The position numbers and the translations under genes are program-made. From contig CDRNVI010000021.1 of the NCBI GenBank assembly GCA_977017575.1, positions 186,001-250,000 on the forward strand: a DNA stretch of 64,000 nt, given 5' to 3'. Below the pieces are notes generated by a model, which was not told where the DNA came from, searched no databases, and saw only the letters and a list, made by a program, of their open reading frames with translations. Origin of the DNA: Paramoeba atlantica (Eukaryota > Protista > Discosea). This document shows, piece after piece, positions 41,712 through 53,085 of the stretch; the stretch's first letter is position 1, and every line of letters starts with the position of its first letter.

Positions 41712-41817
41712 CCCGTCCTCACACTTCGCTTCAGAGCTAGCTAGCACGTTTCTATTAGCTAGCAAATGCGACAGAAGCGACGCCGGGCTTGGAACCGGTA
41801 TCTAGCGTGTTTACGGA
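41712..41817 (-). ncRNA. Twister ribozyme (type P1, with P5 insertion)
   Basis: UCCG-UAA-ACAC-GC-UAGAUA-CCGG-UUCCAAGC-CCGG-[P5 UCGCUUC/GAAGCGA]-GUGU-GAGGA-CGGG. P1, P2, P4, T1 (UCC/GGA) and T2 (GC/GC) all pair. Predicted cleavage U41813^A41812. Confidence 0.9.
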
Positions 41818-41842
41818 GATGGTTATAATGAAATAATATTGT

Positions 41843-42140
41843 ATATATTGTTTCCTGCATAATTAGCAGTATCGTGAAATGGTAAGAGGGCCAAAAACGT
41901 CAATTGCAAGATTTTTAAGAAATTTCACCTTTTTGGCATAAAATAGAGCAGACGAACCTAGTACCCACAGTGCCCCCCCCGCTCCTTCTCTATAACAGTC
42001 CTCATTCTGTTTGGCGCACTTTTTAATGTGCGTTCAACGAAACCAACTTCACTAAGCAGCTCATTGTACGAAGCTGTGATGGATTCTTTCAATAAATCAC
42101 GGTTCAATGGATTTTTTCTGCACTTTATGACATCCATCAT
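41843..42140 (-). pseudogene. Tc1-like transposase C-terminal relic (other half of 13663-13775)
   Basis: LKSAPNRMRTVIEKERGGHCGY* resembles LNSMPRRFDIVVEKKGESCNY* at 55762. Confidence 0.7.
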
Positions 42141-42321
42141 TCACACAGCATTCTGTGTGTCAGCTTTGTTTTTCCTGGGGGTGAGAAATGGGTCTCAGAG
42201 AATTTCCCTCGAGAAGAACGCGACGTGCTCAACTTTCAGCAGTGACGACTTCTGAGCAAGCAGCACATTTTGTGCGTGTCTTCTTTCTCAGTGATTATCT
42301 CTGCAGCTCAGCTGCATGATT

Positions 42322-42547
42322 AATAATAATATTAATAATAATATTAATAATATATATATTAATAATAATAATAAAATAGGGGTCCGTACTAGATTTAGTA
42401 CATCGTACCGTACTATGCACATGTGTGTAATATACAATGTATACAATGTATTATAGCACATACAATGTATTATAGCACATACAATGTATTACTATGCACA
42501 TGTGTGTAATATACAATGTAATATACAATGTATTATAGAATATTATA
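42322..42547. repeat. AT-rich microsatellite and short tandem duplications
   Basis: (TAA)n-like run, then repeated ATACAATGTATTATAGCAC and TACTATGCACATGTGTGTAATATACAATG. Confidence 0.7.
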
Positions 42548-43053
42548 CAGGGGCGGTTGTTGATCTTGCCCCCTCCTGGGAATTTTAAATTTTTCTATCC
42601 GTTTTTGCTCATCTTTGCAGCATTGAAGAGATCTCGTTCCCCTGGCGAAGCGCTTTGCCGCCTTTTTTTCATAGAGACCCCCTGATGCCCTGTCGGGACT
42701 CGAAAGTTTACAAAAATCGGAAATTTTGGATTTTTAATCATATTCAGAAAAAATGACTTCAACAAAAAAAATGTTTGTCCTAGAAGAAAACCACAACGAA
42801 TCAATATCCAGGTCCTCCATTGTTTTGCAGTACGTTTCGAAGCCTATTGGGAACCGAATCAATGGAGTTTAACACTTTTTTTTTTCTGTGCGATATTAGG
42901 GGGTATTTTTGCCTATTAGCTTTCCACCCTTCTACATATTCACCACTTTTAGGGTTAGTCGGTCTTGATTGCGTGTTGTTGAGGTTTGAAAATTTCTATT
43001 AAGCAGCTATTGATGTTTCTACAGAAATATTGCTTGAGCATAAAGAAATTAGA
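42548..43053. mobile_element. Truncated inverted copy of MITE 10422-11010
   Basis: Near-identical reverse complement over ~500 bp. Confidence 0.88.
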
Positions 43054-43253
43054 GGTCTATTTAAGCTTATACACATTCAAATAAACAAATAAAATATTAA
43101 TATACAATGTACTTCGTTGGGGCATGAGTGATCAATAAAGGGGGAAAAAACAGGAAAAATCCAAAAACGAAAATAGAAAATGCAAAATTTGCAACACAAA
43201 AGATTATTTTTTCGACAAAATGCGTTTTAAGTAAAAATGCGGGAAGCGATATA

Positions 43254-44817
43254 CACTGTCGTTCAGCTATAAGTCCCCCCCCTCGAATTTTGAAAAACTG
43301 GTCTGTTTTTTATCATCTTTTTTTTAAACGTGTAGAGAATTTTACGTAGGTGCGTTTCCCGCCGTTTAAATTGGTTTTTCTCGACTCATTAGGATCGAAT
43401 TATTTTTTGAGAAAAATGAGCCGAGCAAATGATTTTTTTTACAAAAATGATCCATTTTTTGATATATTTGCCGGGTAAAACCCCATAAATACACTCAACG
43501 CAGGAAAAGAAGATTACATAATGACAAACTTAATATCCAATATTCCACCCCCCGCTCTCCAACACCTTGTTCATACGTTTTAAGTACTCTGAACACATTT
43601 TTTTGACCACCTCCCCCATTTCCCTCTGTACCCACTCAAACGTCACACTTCCCGTAATTCAGTTCTATTTTTGGGGCGAAGCGTTTCTTTTATGTAGCGC
43701 GCCATCATGGCCCAAATGTTTTCCACTGGGTTCAGGTCAGGAGACTTAGGAGGCCAGTCTAAGCGCCTGTTGATCATCTGAGCCTTTGTGATGGTGTGTG
43801 TCGGGGCGTTATCCAGCTGAAGCACCGCGTGTCTGTGATCGCGAATGTATCGTACAAAACCGGTATCATTCAACCCATCCCACACCGTGGTGGCCTTGAT
43901 GGATAACCCCCCCTCAAAGACATGAAACCACCAACCATGAGTAACACTGTACCCCATCCATACCATAACCCCCAGACCACCAAACCACTTCTGGTGCGCT
44001 GCGGTCATCCGCATGCGTGGGGCGTCGCGTCGGCCAATTTAGTAAAGGCGCCGCCCATTGCGACTGCAATTGAACGATTTTTCATCCGTCCAGATGATAT
44101 TGTTTATTTGGGCTGGGCTCCAAGTGAGAAGTTCACGGGCCAGTGCAACGCGCTTCATGCGCTGCTCAGTTGTAAGTCCCAAGTCTTTGCTCTTACGGAT
44201 GCGCCCGTAGTCGTCGCAATCCAATGCCCTCTTCACCGAGGAAATTGATCCTCCATGCGAATCTTTGATTCTTTCATGGATGGCGGCGAAGGAAGGACAC
44301 CCATCTGGGTCTTCCCGTGCAAGCTCCAAACAAGCACTTTTGCACGCCCTACGGTATCGGTTCGTTAAGGTAGTTTTTTTTCGGGGAACTCGCTCTGGGG
44401 TGGTCAAGTCATTTCTTTCACATCTTTTTACCCATTTTCTTACCGTTTTTTTATCAACTTTATATTTTTTAGAGATAGAAATGATGGAAGCACCGCATTT
44501 TCGTTCAATAACAAACGAAATGCGCATTGCGAGCGTCGTACGCTCCGAGTTGAGGTAACTCGGCCTGTGGTTCCTCACCATGGGTATAAAAAGGGTAGTG
44601 TCAATGAGAATAAAAGGGAAAATTTGACTGTACATTGGAAAATCTCATTTTTGACCAGTATTTTGAGTGCCATGAACGTATATTAAGTTCTTACAAAAAA
44701 AGAAGACCGGGAAAGATAGGCTGGGGATCGAGATCTCTCGTTTGCCGCTGGAATTAGGTCAAACGGACGCGCGACCCAAAAATAAAGGGGGGGGGGACTT
44801 ATAGCTGAACGATAGTG
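43254..44817 (-). mobile_element. Tc1-like element; transposase (44581->43643) has one in-frame TAA near 44040
   Basis: 28-bp TIRs (CACTrTCGTTCAGCTATAAGTCCCCCCC) with TA flanks; WTDEKSF, VMVWMG, DNAPTH, WPPKSPDLNPVENIW. Confidence 0.92.
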
Positions 44818-44863
44818 TATATTCCACCAGAGAGCTATGCGAGAGCTCTCGAATGCGCTATTA

Positions 44864-45272
44864 CTGTCCCCCCCTACTTAAGAGTCCGCGGGATACCCCC
44901 CTTGTTAAGAGTTCTTTTTGAGAGAGCCTCGGGCTACCTGCGGCGCGAAGCGCCGCCAGATTTCTTTTTTGCTTTTTTTCTATTTTCTTTGATTTTTTTT
45001 GTTGTCTGCCCATTGTGTTTAGTTGTGTTTTTAAAATTTCCAAGCTATTTATACTTGATGGTACTCTGAGGAAGGAGCAGACTATGGGCAGGCATGGTAC
45101 ACAACCATCCTCCTCAACCCCCTTCAACTCTCTCGCGAACTGATCGAAGTTCTTCTCGCCTCCGATCACCCACCTCACAAGAGAACGGAAAATCTGCCGA
45201 CCAACCCCCTTCATCTATCTCCTCACCTAACCAAATGCCTAAAATCGGCGGACTCTTAAGTAGGGGGGGCAG
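44864..45272. mobile_element. MITE (CTGTCCCCCCCTACTTAAGAGTCCGC TIR)
   Basis: TIRs with TA flanks; sits inside a GAGAGCTCTCGAATGCGCTA(TTA)TTTTC end. Confidence 0.8.
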
Positions 45273-45759
45273 TATTTTCTAAAATCGCCGAGTTATACGA
45301 ATTTTAGACCGGCGGATTGTCAACACCAACGCACCACTTTTTTTTCAAATGAGAATTTTTTTTGTCATTTCCAGTACACCACGTTTTCCTAAAAACTATA
45401 TTATCATTTCCAATGCACCATCAAATATTCAGAGAAGTACTAAACCACCGTCCGGGTTATTATACCTAGGGACACCTGAGGGGCTGCGAATGACGTAAAG
45501 CGTTGTTTCGCGCTGTTTCGCGGTGTTTCAACACTAGGTAAGTCAAAAAGGAAATAAGTTACTTATAAAAGTAGCTATTTTTTATTTGAAATAACCAATG
45601 AATGAAAGCAGAGTAGGCACTCGAGGGGGGCAAAATTCGGGAGTATGCCGCGGTGATCTCCATGCGTAAAAAAGATTAAAATATTAATGTACTATACATT
45701 TCAAAACTGAGCTTCACACTCATTCGCAAATAATAAAAAAGTTGAACACATTTCAAATA

Positions 45760-45846
45760 CTGTAACCCCCTTTAACGTAGAATAATGCGTTTTGTCTCTA
45801 TGATAGGGGGGTTTGGGGGGGGGGGTATATTAAAGGGGGGTTACAG
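45760..45846. mobile_element. Mini-MITE (CTGTAACCCCC...GGGGGGTTACAG)
   Basis: TIRs with TA flanks. Confidence 0.6.
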
Positions 45847-46570
45847 TACTGTACTTGGTGCTGATCTTCTCCACTTTACACTTTCGCACTTTGTATTCTT
45901 TTTTTCGCCCGATAGCGTTTTACTCGAGCTCGGGAAATCGAATGACACTGCCCGATAGGCCCTTTGCAGGGCATTCCACTTGGTCACTTTCCACTTGGTT
46001 GCTTTCAGCGCTTGCTTCGAGGGAAGTGGAAGCTTTCATGCGTTTTTGGCGCCATGCTGCGCATTTTGTAAAGGTGAATAAATTCTTGTCTAATAAAGTT
46101 TCTTACTCAAATCTTACACGTGTACTACGCTTTATTTAAATACTCTGGGTAAATTTTTATGGTGAAAGGAAAAAGGAACGATGTTCGACTATGGTGAGGC
46201 GCAGAAAACGGGAACGACCATCGACTATGGTGAAAAAAGTGGTGCGCTGGAGTTGACAATGGGGTGGTGCACTGGAGTTGAACATCCGGGACCCCCCCCA
46301 GATGTAGCTGATCCCCCCTGTATGATTCCATGCCTTGGGGATGAAATACCTCCGAAAAAAGGAGCAGAGTAAATAGGGGGGAGATAGTAATGCTCTTGCA
46401 GCTACGGATTGTTACATTGCAACAGCGCTGTCGCTATCGAATTTGCTGTTTTTACTTTTACATGTGTACTATCCTCGGCGGTAAAAGAGTGGTGGAAGGC
46501 TGGCGTTGGCTAATTTTTGAATTTTAATGATACCTTTATACTTCGTTTTATATAGATAAAAGCACACTTT

Positions 46571-46960
46571 GTGCACCAGAAAGTAATGGGCCGTGTTTTC
46601 GGAAGCAACTTCAACGAAACACCGAATCCGTGTCATAGACTCTCGGACGATAAGGGAAAGATTACTTCTTCCATGGAATCCGTATTGACGAATCAGTTGC
46701 ACAACAAAATGTCTCGCTCATGGGTGGAAGCTCTGCCCAACCGAGCGGAATACCTCATGCGCCCAGCGGAATGGGAAGTGGCCATGAGGATGCTGTACCT
46801 CATTGCCCCAACCTCATGGACAGAGGTGCAATGCAAATGTGGAGAATCTTTCCTTCTTACAGGACGTACGTGGAGAAAGAAGCGAAGTTCCCAGGGAGCA
46901 CCCTGGAGAAGGCAAAAGCTCAAAAAATGTGCCAGCACGAAGCATGTTCATGTTCATTTA
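46571..46960 (+). pseudogene. CRE-type retrotransposon relic (pre-knuckle region)
   Basis: SWVEALPNRAEYLMRPAEWEVAMRMLYL...CKCG, homologous to the relic at 62113-62502. Confidence 0.6.
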
Positions 46961-48249
46961 AACCCTTTTGTCCTCGAAAGGATATGCGTTCACAAGCGTT
47001 ACCCTAGTTATTTAGAGGGGGGGCACCGTCAATGCGGAACTATTCTGCCACATTCTGCCGATCGCAGGGGTTTCGTCCTTTTGAGACGTATTTTATTTTC
47101 GGAACCTGCCCCGCGCCGCGAAGCGGCGCCCTTTTTTTGTGCGAAAGGCTTTTTTTGATTTGGTGGTTATATACCCCTCCAGAAATAATTATATAATATT
47201 AATAGAATAATTATATAATATTAATAGAATCCTCCAAATAATTTAGAATCGATTTTGTATCAAAATGGATCAAATCCTTGTTACTGAGGGGGTATACTTT
47301 TTGGGAGCGAAAGGTGCTTTTTTGTTCATGAGTGCGTTGATTTTCACTCCATCCAACCCCGCAACCACGCTCCACATTCGCTCCCTTGCAACCGCCCTCA
47401 CCCCGCCCAAACACCCCCACCCGCCCAAACACCTACTGGACATTAAACGTGACATTAAACGCGGTGGTTGTTTTCAACGTAGAAATCACTCATGCTGCGT
47501 GCTTCGAGTTGAAAACTACCTCCGCGTTTAATGAAGCGACTCAAAAAGAAAAAAAAGATCACGAATAATACAATTTTTTGGGTGAAAATGCCCGTTTTTG
47601 GGGCGAAAAAAGCGAAATTTTGACCAAAATTTGGGGTGCTTTTGATGCCTTACCAGTAGGGGTAGCAGGCGCACCTGACGAAAAACACGTCGTAGAATGG
47701 TAGCCCAAACTCTTAAAATATGTTTTAGGAGTCGATTTTGGAAAAATAATAAACCACCGTCCGGGTTATTATACCTGGGGACACCTATTGTACCTCCTAG
47801 GTATAATAAGTGTCCCTAGGGTCCTTATTATACTTCCCCCCCCCCCCTACCGCATCATTTTTCACAATTTTTCTGATTTTCCCCTGATTTATGCCACAAA
47901 GACGGGATTACGGACGATCGCCCTACATGAACACCACGAAAGGGTTAATTAAACCCTAACACTCCGAAAGGGTTAATTCTTCGCCTGGACACGTAAAAGC
48001 ATGCTGATGCATGCTCTTTGTTGTCGACTACGAAGCAACACCATCTTTTCCCCTCACTGCGCGTAAGTTTCAATGTTGCGTTTGATGAGGAAAACTTACC
48101 AAGAAATCAGATTGACATTGTCAAGAGTTTTGACCAGTTGGGGTATAGTAACCACGAAAATAAATATATGTATACATGTATATGTATATATGTATTCATG
48201 GCATTTCATGTTCTTTTACCTCTGAAAGCCCAAGAAAATAAACTTCCCC

Positions 48250-48772
48250 CCACACTCGCGCACGTTTCCCCAGGCGCAATCGGGAAACTTGCAAATGGAT
48301 CATAACATGTTGTGGGCAATACGAAAAAGACCTGCGTAAGCTCGCGCGAATGTTAGCTAGGGAGGTGGGGTGTGCCATGCCCCTGCACCTTAGGGAATTA
48401 TTCATCAACAATATTAAACATAGTAAGAAAACATAGCACGAATTAAACATAGCACGAAGCATGGCATCGGCACGTAGTATGAGATTCTTTCCCCTGGCAT
48501 TTATATGTTTTGGGGTCCCTGGAAATAGGACCTTATCCTTCCTGCGCAAGTGCGGAAGCTTTACGAAGGACCAGGGCGGCTTCGTCAAGCACGCGCTTAT
48601 GTGCATAGGGATCGCGATCCAACGAGGGAACACAATCCGCCGTCCATGATTGGCGAGTGAACGGCGTTCGATAGCTACTCTTGGTCAGGAGGCATTGCCT
48701 GTGCGACGACAATGCCGGGGCCTAGCACACCCCACCATCCGAGCTTTCCTCCACCATTATTATTATTATTAC

Positions 48773-48815
<43 letters not shown>
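48250..48815 (+). pseudogene. CRE-type RLE C-terminal relic with (TAT)n tail
   Basis: FFPLAFICFGVPG..TLSFL and terminal IAIQRGN (48461-48649); TAT microsatellite 48755-48815. Confidence 0.6.
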
Positions 48816-48816
<1 letters not shown>

Positions 48817-50221
48817 GGCTCTTCGTTAAACGCGGTGGTTGTTTTCAACTTAGTCACTCGTGCTGCGCGCTCCGCGTTGAAAACTACCACCGCGTTTAAC
48901 GAAGAGCCTAAAAAAGAAAAATTGGCCAGGGACGCTGAAGATAACGGAAGGATTTGAGTCAAAAATATCCTATTTTTAGGTAAAAATGGGGTGATTTTTA
49001 GGTATTTTTACTCTCGGAGCACTAAATTCGACTTCTGCGTGTGGGAAATCACTCGTACGCATGTATTCGAGGTTACCAAACGTATTGGGTGGAGGATGCG
49101 ACTCCAACCACACCTTTCTTCCGACCCAAAAAGACCCCTTTGGGTCCGAAAATTACTTTTTCGCACTTTTTCGTCAAAAATGGGTCATTTGGGGAAGCGT
49201 ACCACGGCTTCAAGAAGCGACATCTCGCGAATACAATGGCGTAGAAAGCTAATATAGGTCCCAAACTATCAAAACACAATAGGCGAAATAATTTTGGAAA
49301 AATATTTTTTTTACCATTTTTTTCGTCAAGTTGAAATGTTTTTCAAATAAAAAAATCCGAACTTGACGGACCTGTCCTGCGCATACGAGGGAGGGTCACC
49401 CCCGGGTAGGGGGGTGGAAAATGCGCGCCAAGACACCGACTACCCCTTCTGCTATTTGTTTTCGAAAAATAATTTTTCAAAAAAAATTCGTGCGGTATGC
49501 CCCACCTGGACCCCTCCCATGGACCCCCCAAGGGTCCGATTTTTTTTGAAATTTTTTGGACCACCGGAGCCCCTTTTAGAAATTTTTCTTCTATTACAGT
49601 CTTCGTCATATTGATCGGCCCCCCAGGAAATTTTAGTTTTTTTATCCGATTTTGCTCATTTATGCAGCGCTCGAGAGATCTCGTTCCCATAGTTGCCACT
49701 GTTTTTACCTTTTAGCCAGACGCTTCGAAATAGTGGAAAATTACACGTTTTTTACTAAAATCTTGAATAGATTTAAAAATTGCTTATTTTTGCATGACTT
49801 TTTCTTCTTCCAGCACCCCGAAGAGGCCGAAACGGCACGTATCCTCGTCTGAATCCCTTAAAAATACCTTTAGTTACATGAAAAATACGAATTCCTCGAA
49901 AAAAAGCTTCGTAGCTAAGCGGCGATCACGCATGATTTTTGTCATTTTCTTAACTTTTTCTGTCTTTTCCTAACTTTGAGATTCTCTCCAGGAGGCACCC
50001 CCCCTCCTTACGTTTTATTCCGGCAAAATACTTTCCTACCGGAACGAGATCTCTCGAATGCTGCAAAGATGAGCAGAATCGGATAAAAAAACTAAAATTT
50101 CCTGAGGGGGGATCAATATGACGCGGACTGTATATTACTGTGTTCTTCCTTATATTTTCACTGTTTTTGTTCACTTTTTTTTCAATAATCGAGGGTAGAG
50201 CGGTAGTTATACAACTACCGC
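48814..50221 (+). mobile_element. Hairpin-headed interspersed repeat (other copies: 58023-58795, partial 47453-47750, right arm only 62583-62830)
   Basis: 36-bp stem at the 5' end (48814-48911); colinear blocks shared with 58023-58795; terminal 9-bp hairpin at 50200-50221. Confidence 0.7.
49597..50130. mobile_element. MITE (CAGTCyyCGTCATATTGATC TIR) inserted into the hairpin-headed repeat
   Basis: ~70-bp imperfect TIRs with TA flanks; absent from the 58-kb copy. Confidence 0.8.
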
Positions 50222-51173
50222 AATTATTATTATTACCGTGGAAACATTAATTGAGAATTACGCTAATTAAGTGAAAATGATTTTCAAAAAAAAATATTCC
50301 CTTCATTAGTGTTCCCTTATTTTATGTTCCCTTAATTGTTTTGCGGGAATCAAGTTGAAAATAGCCCAAGATCATCAGATAAGTAGAGGGGAAGCACCCA
50401 TTATCACACTTTTTTCGGTGTGATAATAAGTGAATTGTGTGATAACAAGTGAAATTTAGAGAAAGCGTGTTAATCAGTGGATAATTCACGTATTATCACA
50501 TTTTGGTTGCATATTTCGATTTTTTAACCTAAACTCTGAAATATTGCTATGCGTGCTCAGCAGGGTTTGGGGGTGCCTGGGCCATGGGTGGAAAAAATAA
50601 ATATTAATTGCCTGAAAATGCAAAAAATTGACGAAAAATAATTATTCCCTTAATTAGTGTTCCCTTAATTGGCGTTCCCTTATTTAATGTGTCTCTTAAT
50701 TAATGTTTCCACGGTATTACTATTATTATTACTATGACCCCCCCCCCCTTATGCCTCGCCCATTTCGAGCAGTAACGAAGTATAAAGGGGGGGGTCTGAA
50801 TTTTTTCCCCGCTGTAAAAACAAGTGTAAGAAAAAGGCCGTGCCGCTTCGCGGCGCGGCTCATCCAGTTTTCCTGTCTTTCCTTCTATATCACCTTCCAT
50901 TTCTAGAAGGAAAGACTTGGAAAGTTCTTGTTTTTTTTCCAATGTTTTTAGAAAAATTACAAAAAATTGAAAAAATCGCCCCCCCCCTTTCGGGGGGGCA
51001 CACGAAAAACGAAGTATAAAGGGGGGGTCTGACCAGCGAAGTATAAAGGGAGGGTCACAGTATTATTATTAGTAGTAGTAGTAATATAGAAACATTATAT
51101 TTTTTCGTATGGAAAAGATACAGATATTTTATTTAGTTAAAAAACATGTCACAAGGTTTTCCACTATCTAACT

Positions 51174-52904
51174 ATGCTTTCCACATCTACATTTGCAAAC
51201 TCCATCGACGATCCCATTCACATTTCTAGTACAGTTTGGGATGATGTTCTTCACGTTGTCGTAAAATTGTCGTCTTCTGGAGTACTTCTTTCCCCTGAAC
51301 GTATGACTCTGGTGGCATTATACGGTACGTTAGACTATCACGGTGATAGGTTTCCTGTTGGAAGCACCTGCTGTTTCCCCCGAGATCCGCACGCCGGTGC
51401 AGAAGTGCTATGTGGATACAAGAGTTCTACAAAAGCGATAAAACGCACAAGAACGAGCAGAACAGGTAATGCTTGCATGTCATGGCGGCCAGATACTTTC
51501 AGTGATCTGCACAAAAAAGAGTGCGCACAATGTAAAGGGTCATGTAGACTCAAAAGCATTAATAGAAGTTGGCTTGGTAATCTACTTGCTCAGATATTTT
51601 CAAATAAGAAAGTTAGATCATGGACGACCGCCTATGCACTTATCCTACTTGATCGAATATCAGAAGACGAAGGCTTGCTATCTCAACAAAGACGCATACG
51701 CCCACTGATGTGCATAAATAGTTTTCCTTTGTTTTCAGAACGAAAACATATAAATAGTTTTGGTAGAGTGGTCATAATTGAAGATCAGGATTGGGATATT
51801 TCCTCGGTAGTCAGTTACTTTATTAATCGTGCCATAAGTTTGCAGAAACTTCGTCACCTTAGTCGACCTTCCGTGTTGTACATAGAAATTTGCCGTTCGC
51901 GGTATTCCTTGAACTACCCTTATATAGCGGTCTGGGAAGTAGTCCATCCCTTGCACGGAAATGCATCTGGAACCTTTGTAAAGTCGTTTTATTTGGGCGG
52001 AGAAAGATTAGAAAAAATACCCCTTAGATACAAACAAATCGTCAAAGAATTGAAACTATGGTTGGAAGAGAACATAAATCATTCTTCTGTTGTAATACGG
52101 GCAAAAGACTCAAGTGACGAAAATGGCTTTTGTCTTCTGCGCATGACTCTCATTGATCTCGGAGTTGACAATTTGTTTTGCTGCTCCGAGCAGTTTCGTC
52201 ACGGAGCTCAGAATTTGGTACCGAGGATTAAGTGCCATACATTAAAATCATCAAACTTTAGTATGATCAACGGAAAAGACTTGAATAGCTCTGCGCAAAA
52301 TAAAGTGATTGATTTCGTGCAAAGTACGAGCACCCCATCTCATGAGTGCGCATGTCGCTATGACATAAACTTAAATCATGTACGTACAGATATATCCTGC
52401 GTTTCAACAAGATTTCTTGATACGACCTCAACATTTTCGTGCACACAAAGTCCTTTATTTCTTCAAAATCCAGATGAGCTAGTTGGACAAGTAGTAGGCG
52501 TTGCTTCTATTGATAGATTTGATGTAGTAAATGAAGCTGAGACACCAGCGACCACAGTAAAACCATCACAGAGAAAACCATTCACGGAGAAATCCATTAT
52601 CCGATGTGAAAAGGTGAGCCAAAGTAGCACTGAGTGGGAATTCTATGGCACAGCAATTGTTGAGCGGTGTAACATTGAAGAAGGCACGTTGTCGTTGATG
52701 TTAGAACATGCTGATATGATTCTAAAGAATTTAGTACATGAGTTTGAAGAAGAAAAGCGTCTTCTAATTTTGTATGGTCAGATAAAAAAGTTAATTCCAA
52801 ACCCACTCAATGTGTTTCCCGTTCCAACGATAGGACTGCCACCTGCAACGGAAAGTGCACACCATTTTTCAGCAAGACACAAAAAAATTAGAAAAACGTC
52901 ATGA
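51174..52904 (+). CDS. Hypothetical protein, 576 aa
   Basis: Long uninterrupted ATG-initiated ORF in AT-rich surroundings; basic C-terminus; no family recognised. Confidence 0.6.
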   Translation: MLSTSTFANSIDDPIHISSTVWDDVLHVVVKLSSSGVLLSPERMTLVALYGTLDYHGDRFPVGSTCCFPRDPHAGAEVLCGYKSSTKAIKRTRTSRTGNACMSWRPDTFSDLHKKECAQCKGSCRLKSINRSWLGNLLAQIFSNKKVRSWTTAYALILLDRISEDEGLLSQQRRIRPLMCINSFPLFSERKHINSFGRVVIIEDQDWDISSVVSYFINRAISLQKLRHLSRPSVLYIEICRSRYSLNYPYIAVWEVVHPLHGNASGTFVKSFYLGGERLEKIPLRYKQIVKELKLWLEENINHSSVVIRAKDSSDENGFCLLRMTLIDLGVDNLFCCSEQFRHGAQNLVPRIKCHTLKSSNFSMINGKDLNSSAQNKVIDFVQSTSTPSHECACRYDINLNHVRTDISCVSTRFLDTTSTFSCTQSPLFLQNPDELVGQVVGVASIDRFDVVNEAETPATTVKPSQRKPFTEKSIIRCEKVSQSSTEWEFYGTAIVERCNIEEGTLSLMLEHADMILKNLVHEFEEEKRLLILYGQIKKLIPNPLNVFPVPTIGLPPATESAHHFSARHKKIRKTS

Positions 52905-53085
52905 CAATATGCTCATTATACACTGTACGTATCATTGTCATGGCCGTATAGCCTCCGCTCTACCCTGAAGTATTGACAAAGTGAACAAAAACAGTGAAAA
53001 AATAAGAGAAGCACAGTAATGCAAAAGGAGAGTATGCAGTAGGTCTGTGTAAGTACGTACGTGATGAGCTGTGTAAGCACGTATA

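Noticed and set aside
47560-47700. Hairpin-repeat body as a continuation of RLE coding sequence
   Set aside because: All copies checked have a stop (GAA TAA) right after the apparent helix, and the similarity beyond it is too weak.
48675-48962. Poly-Asn and poly-Leu ORFs
   Set aside because: Translations of a (TAT)n microsatellite.
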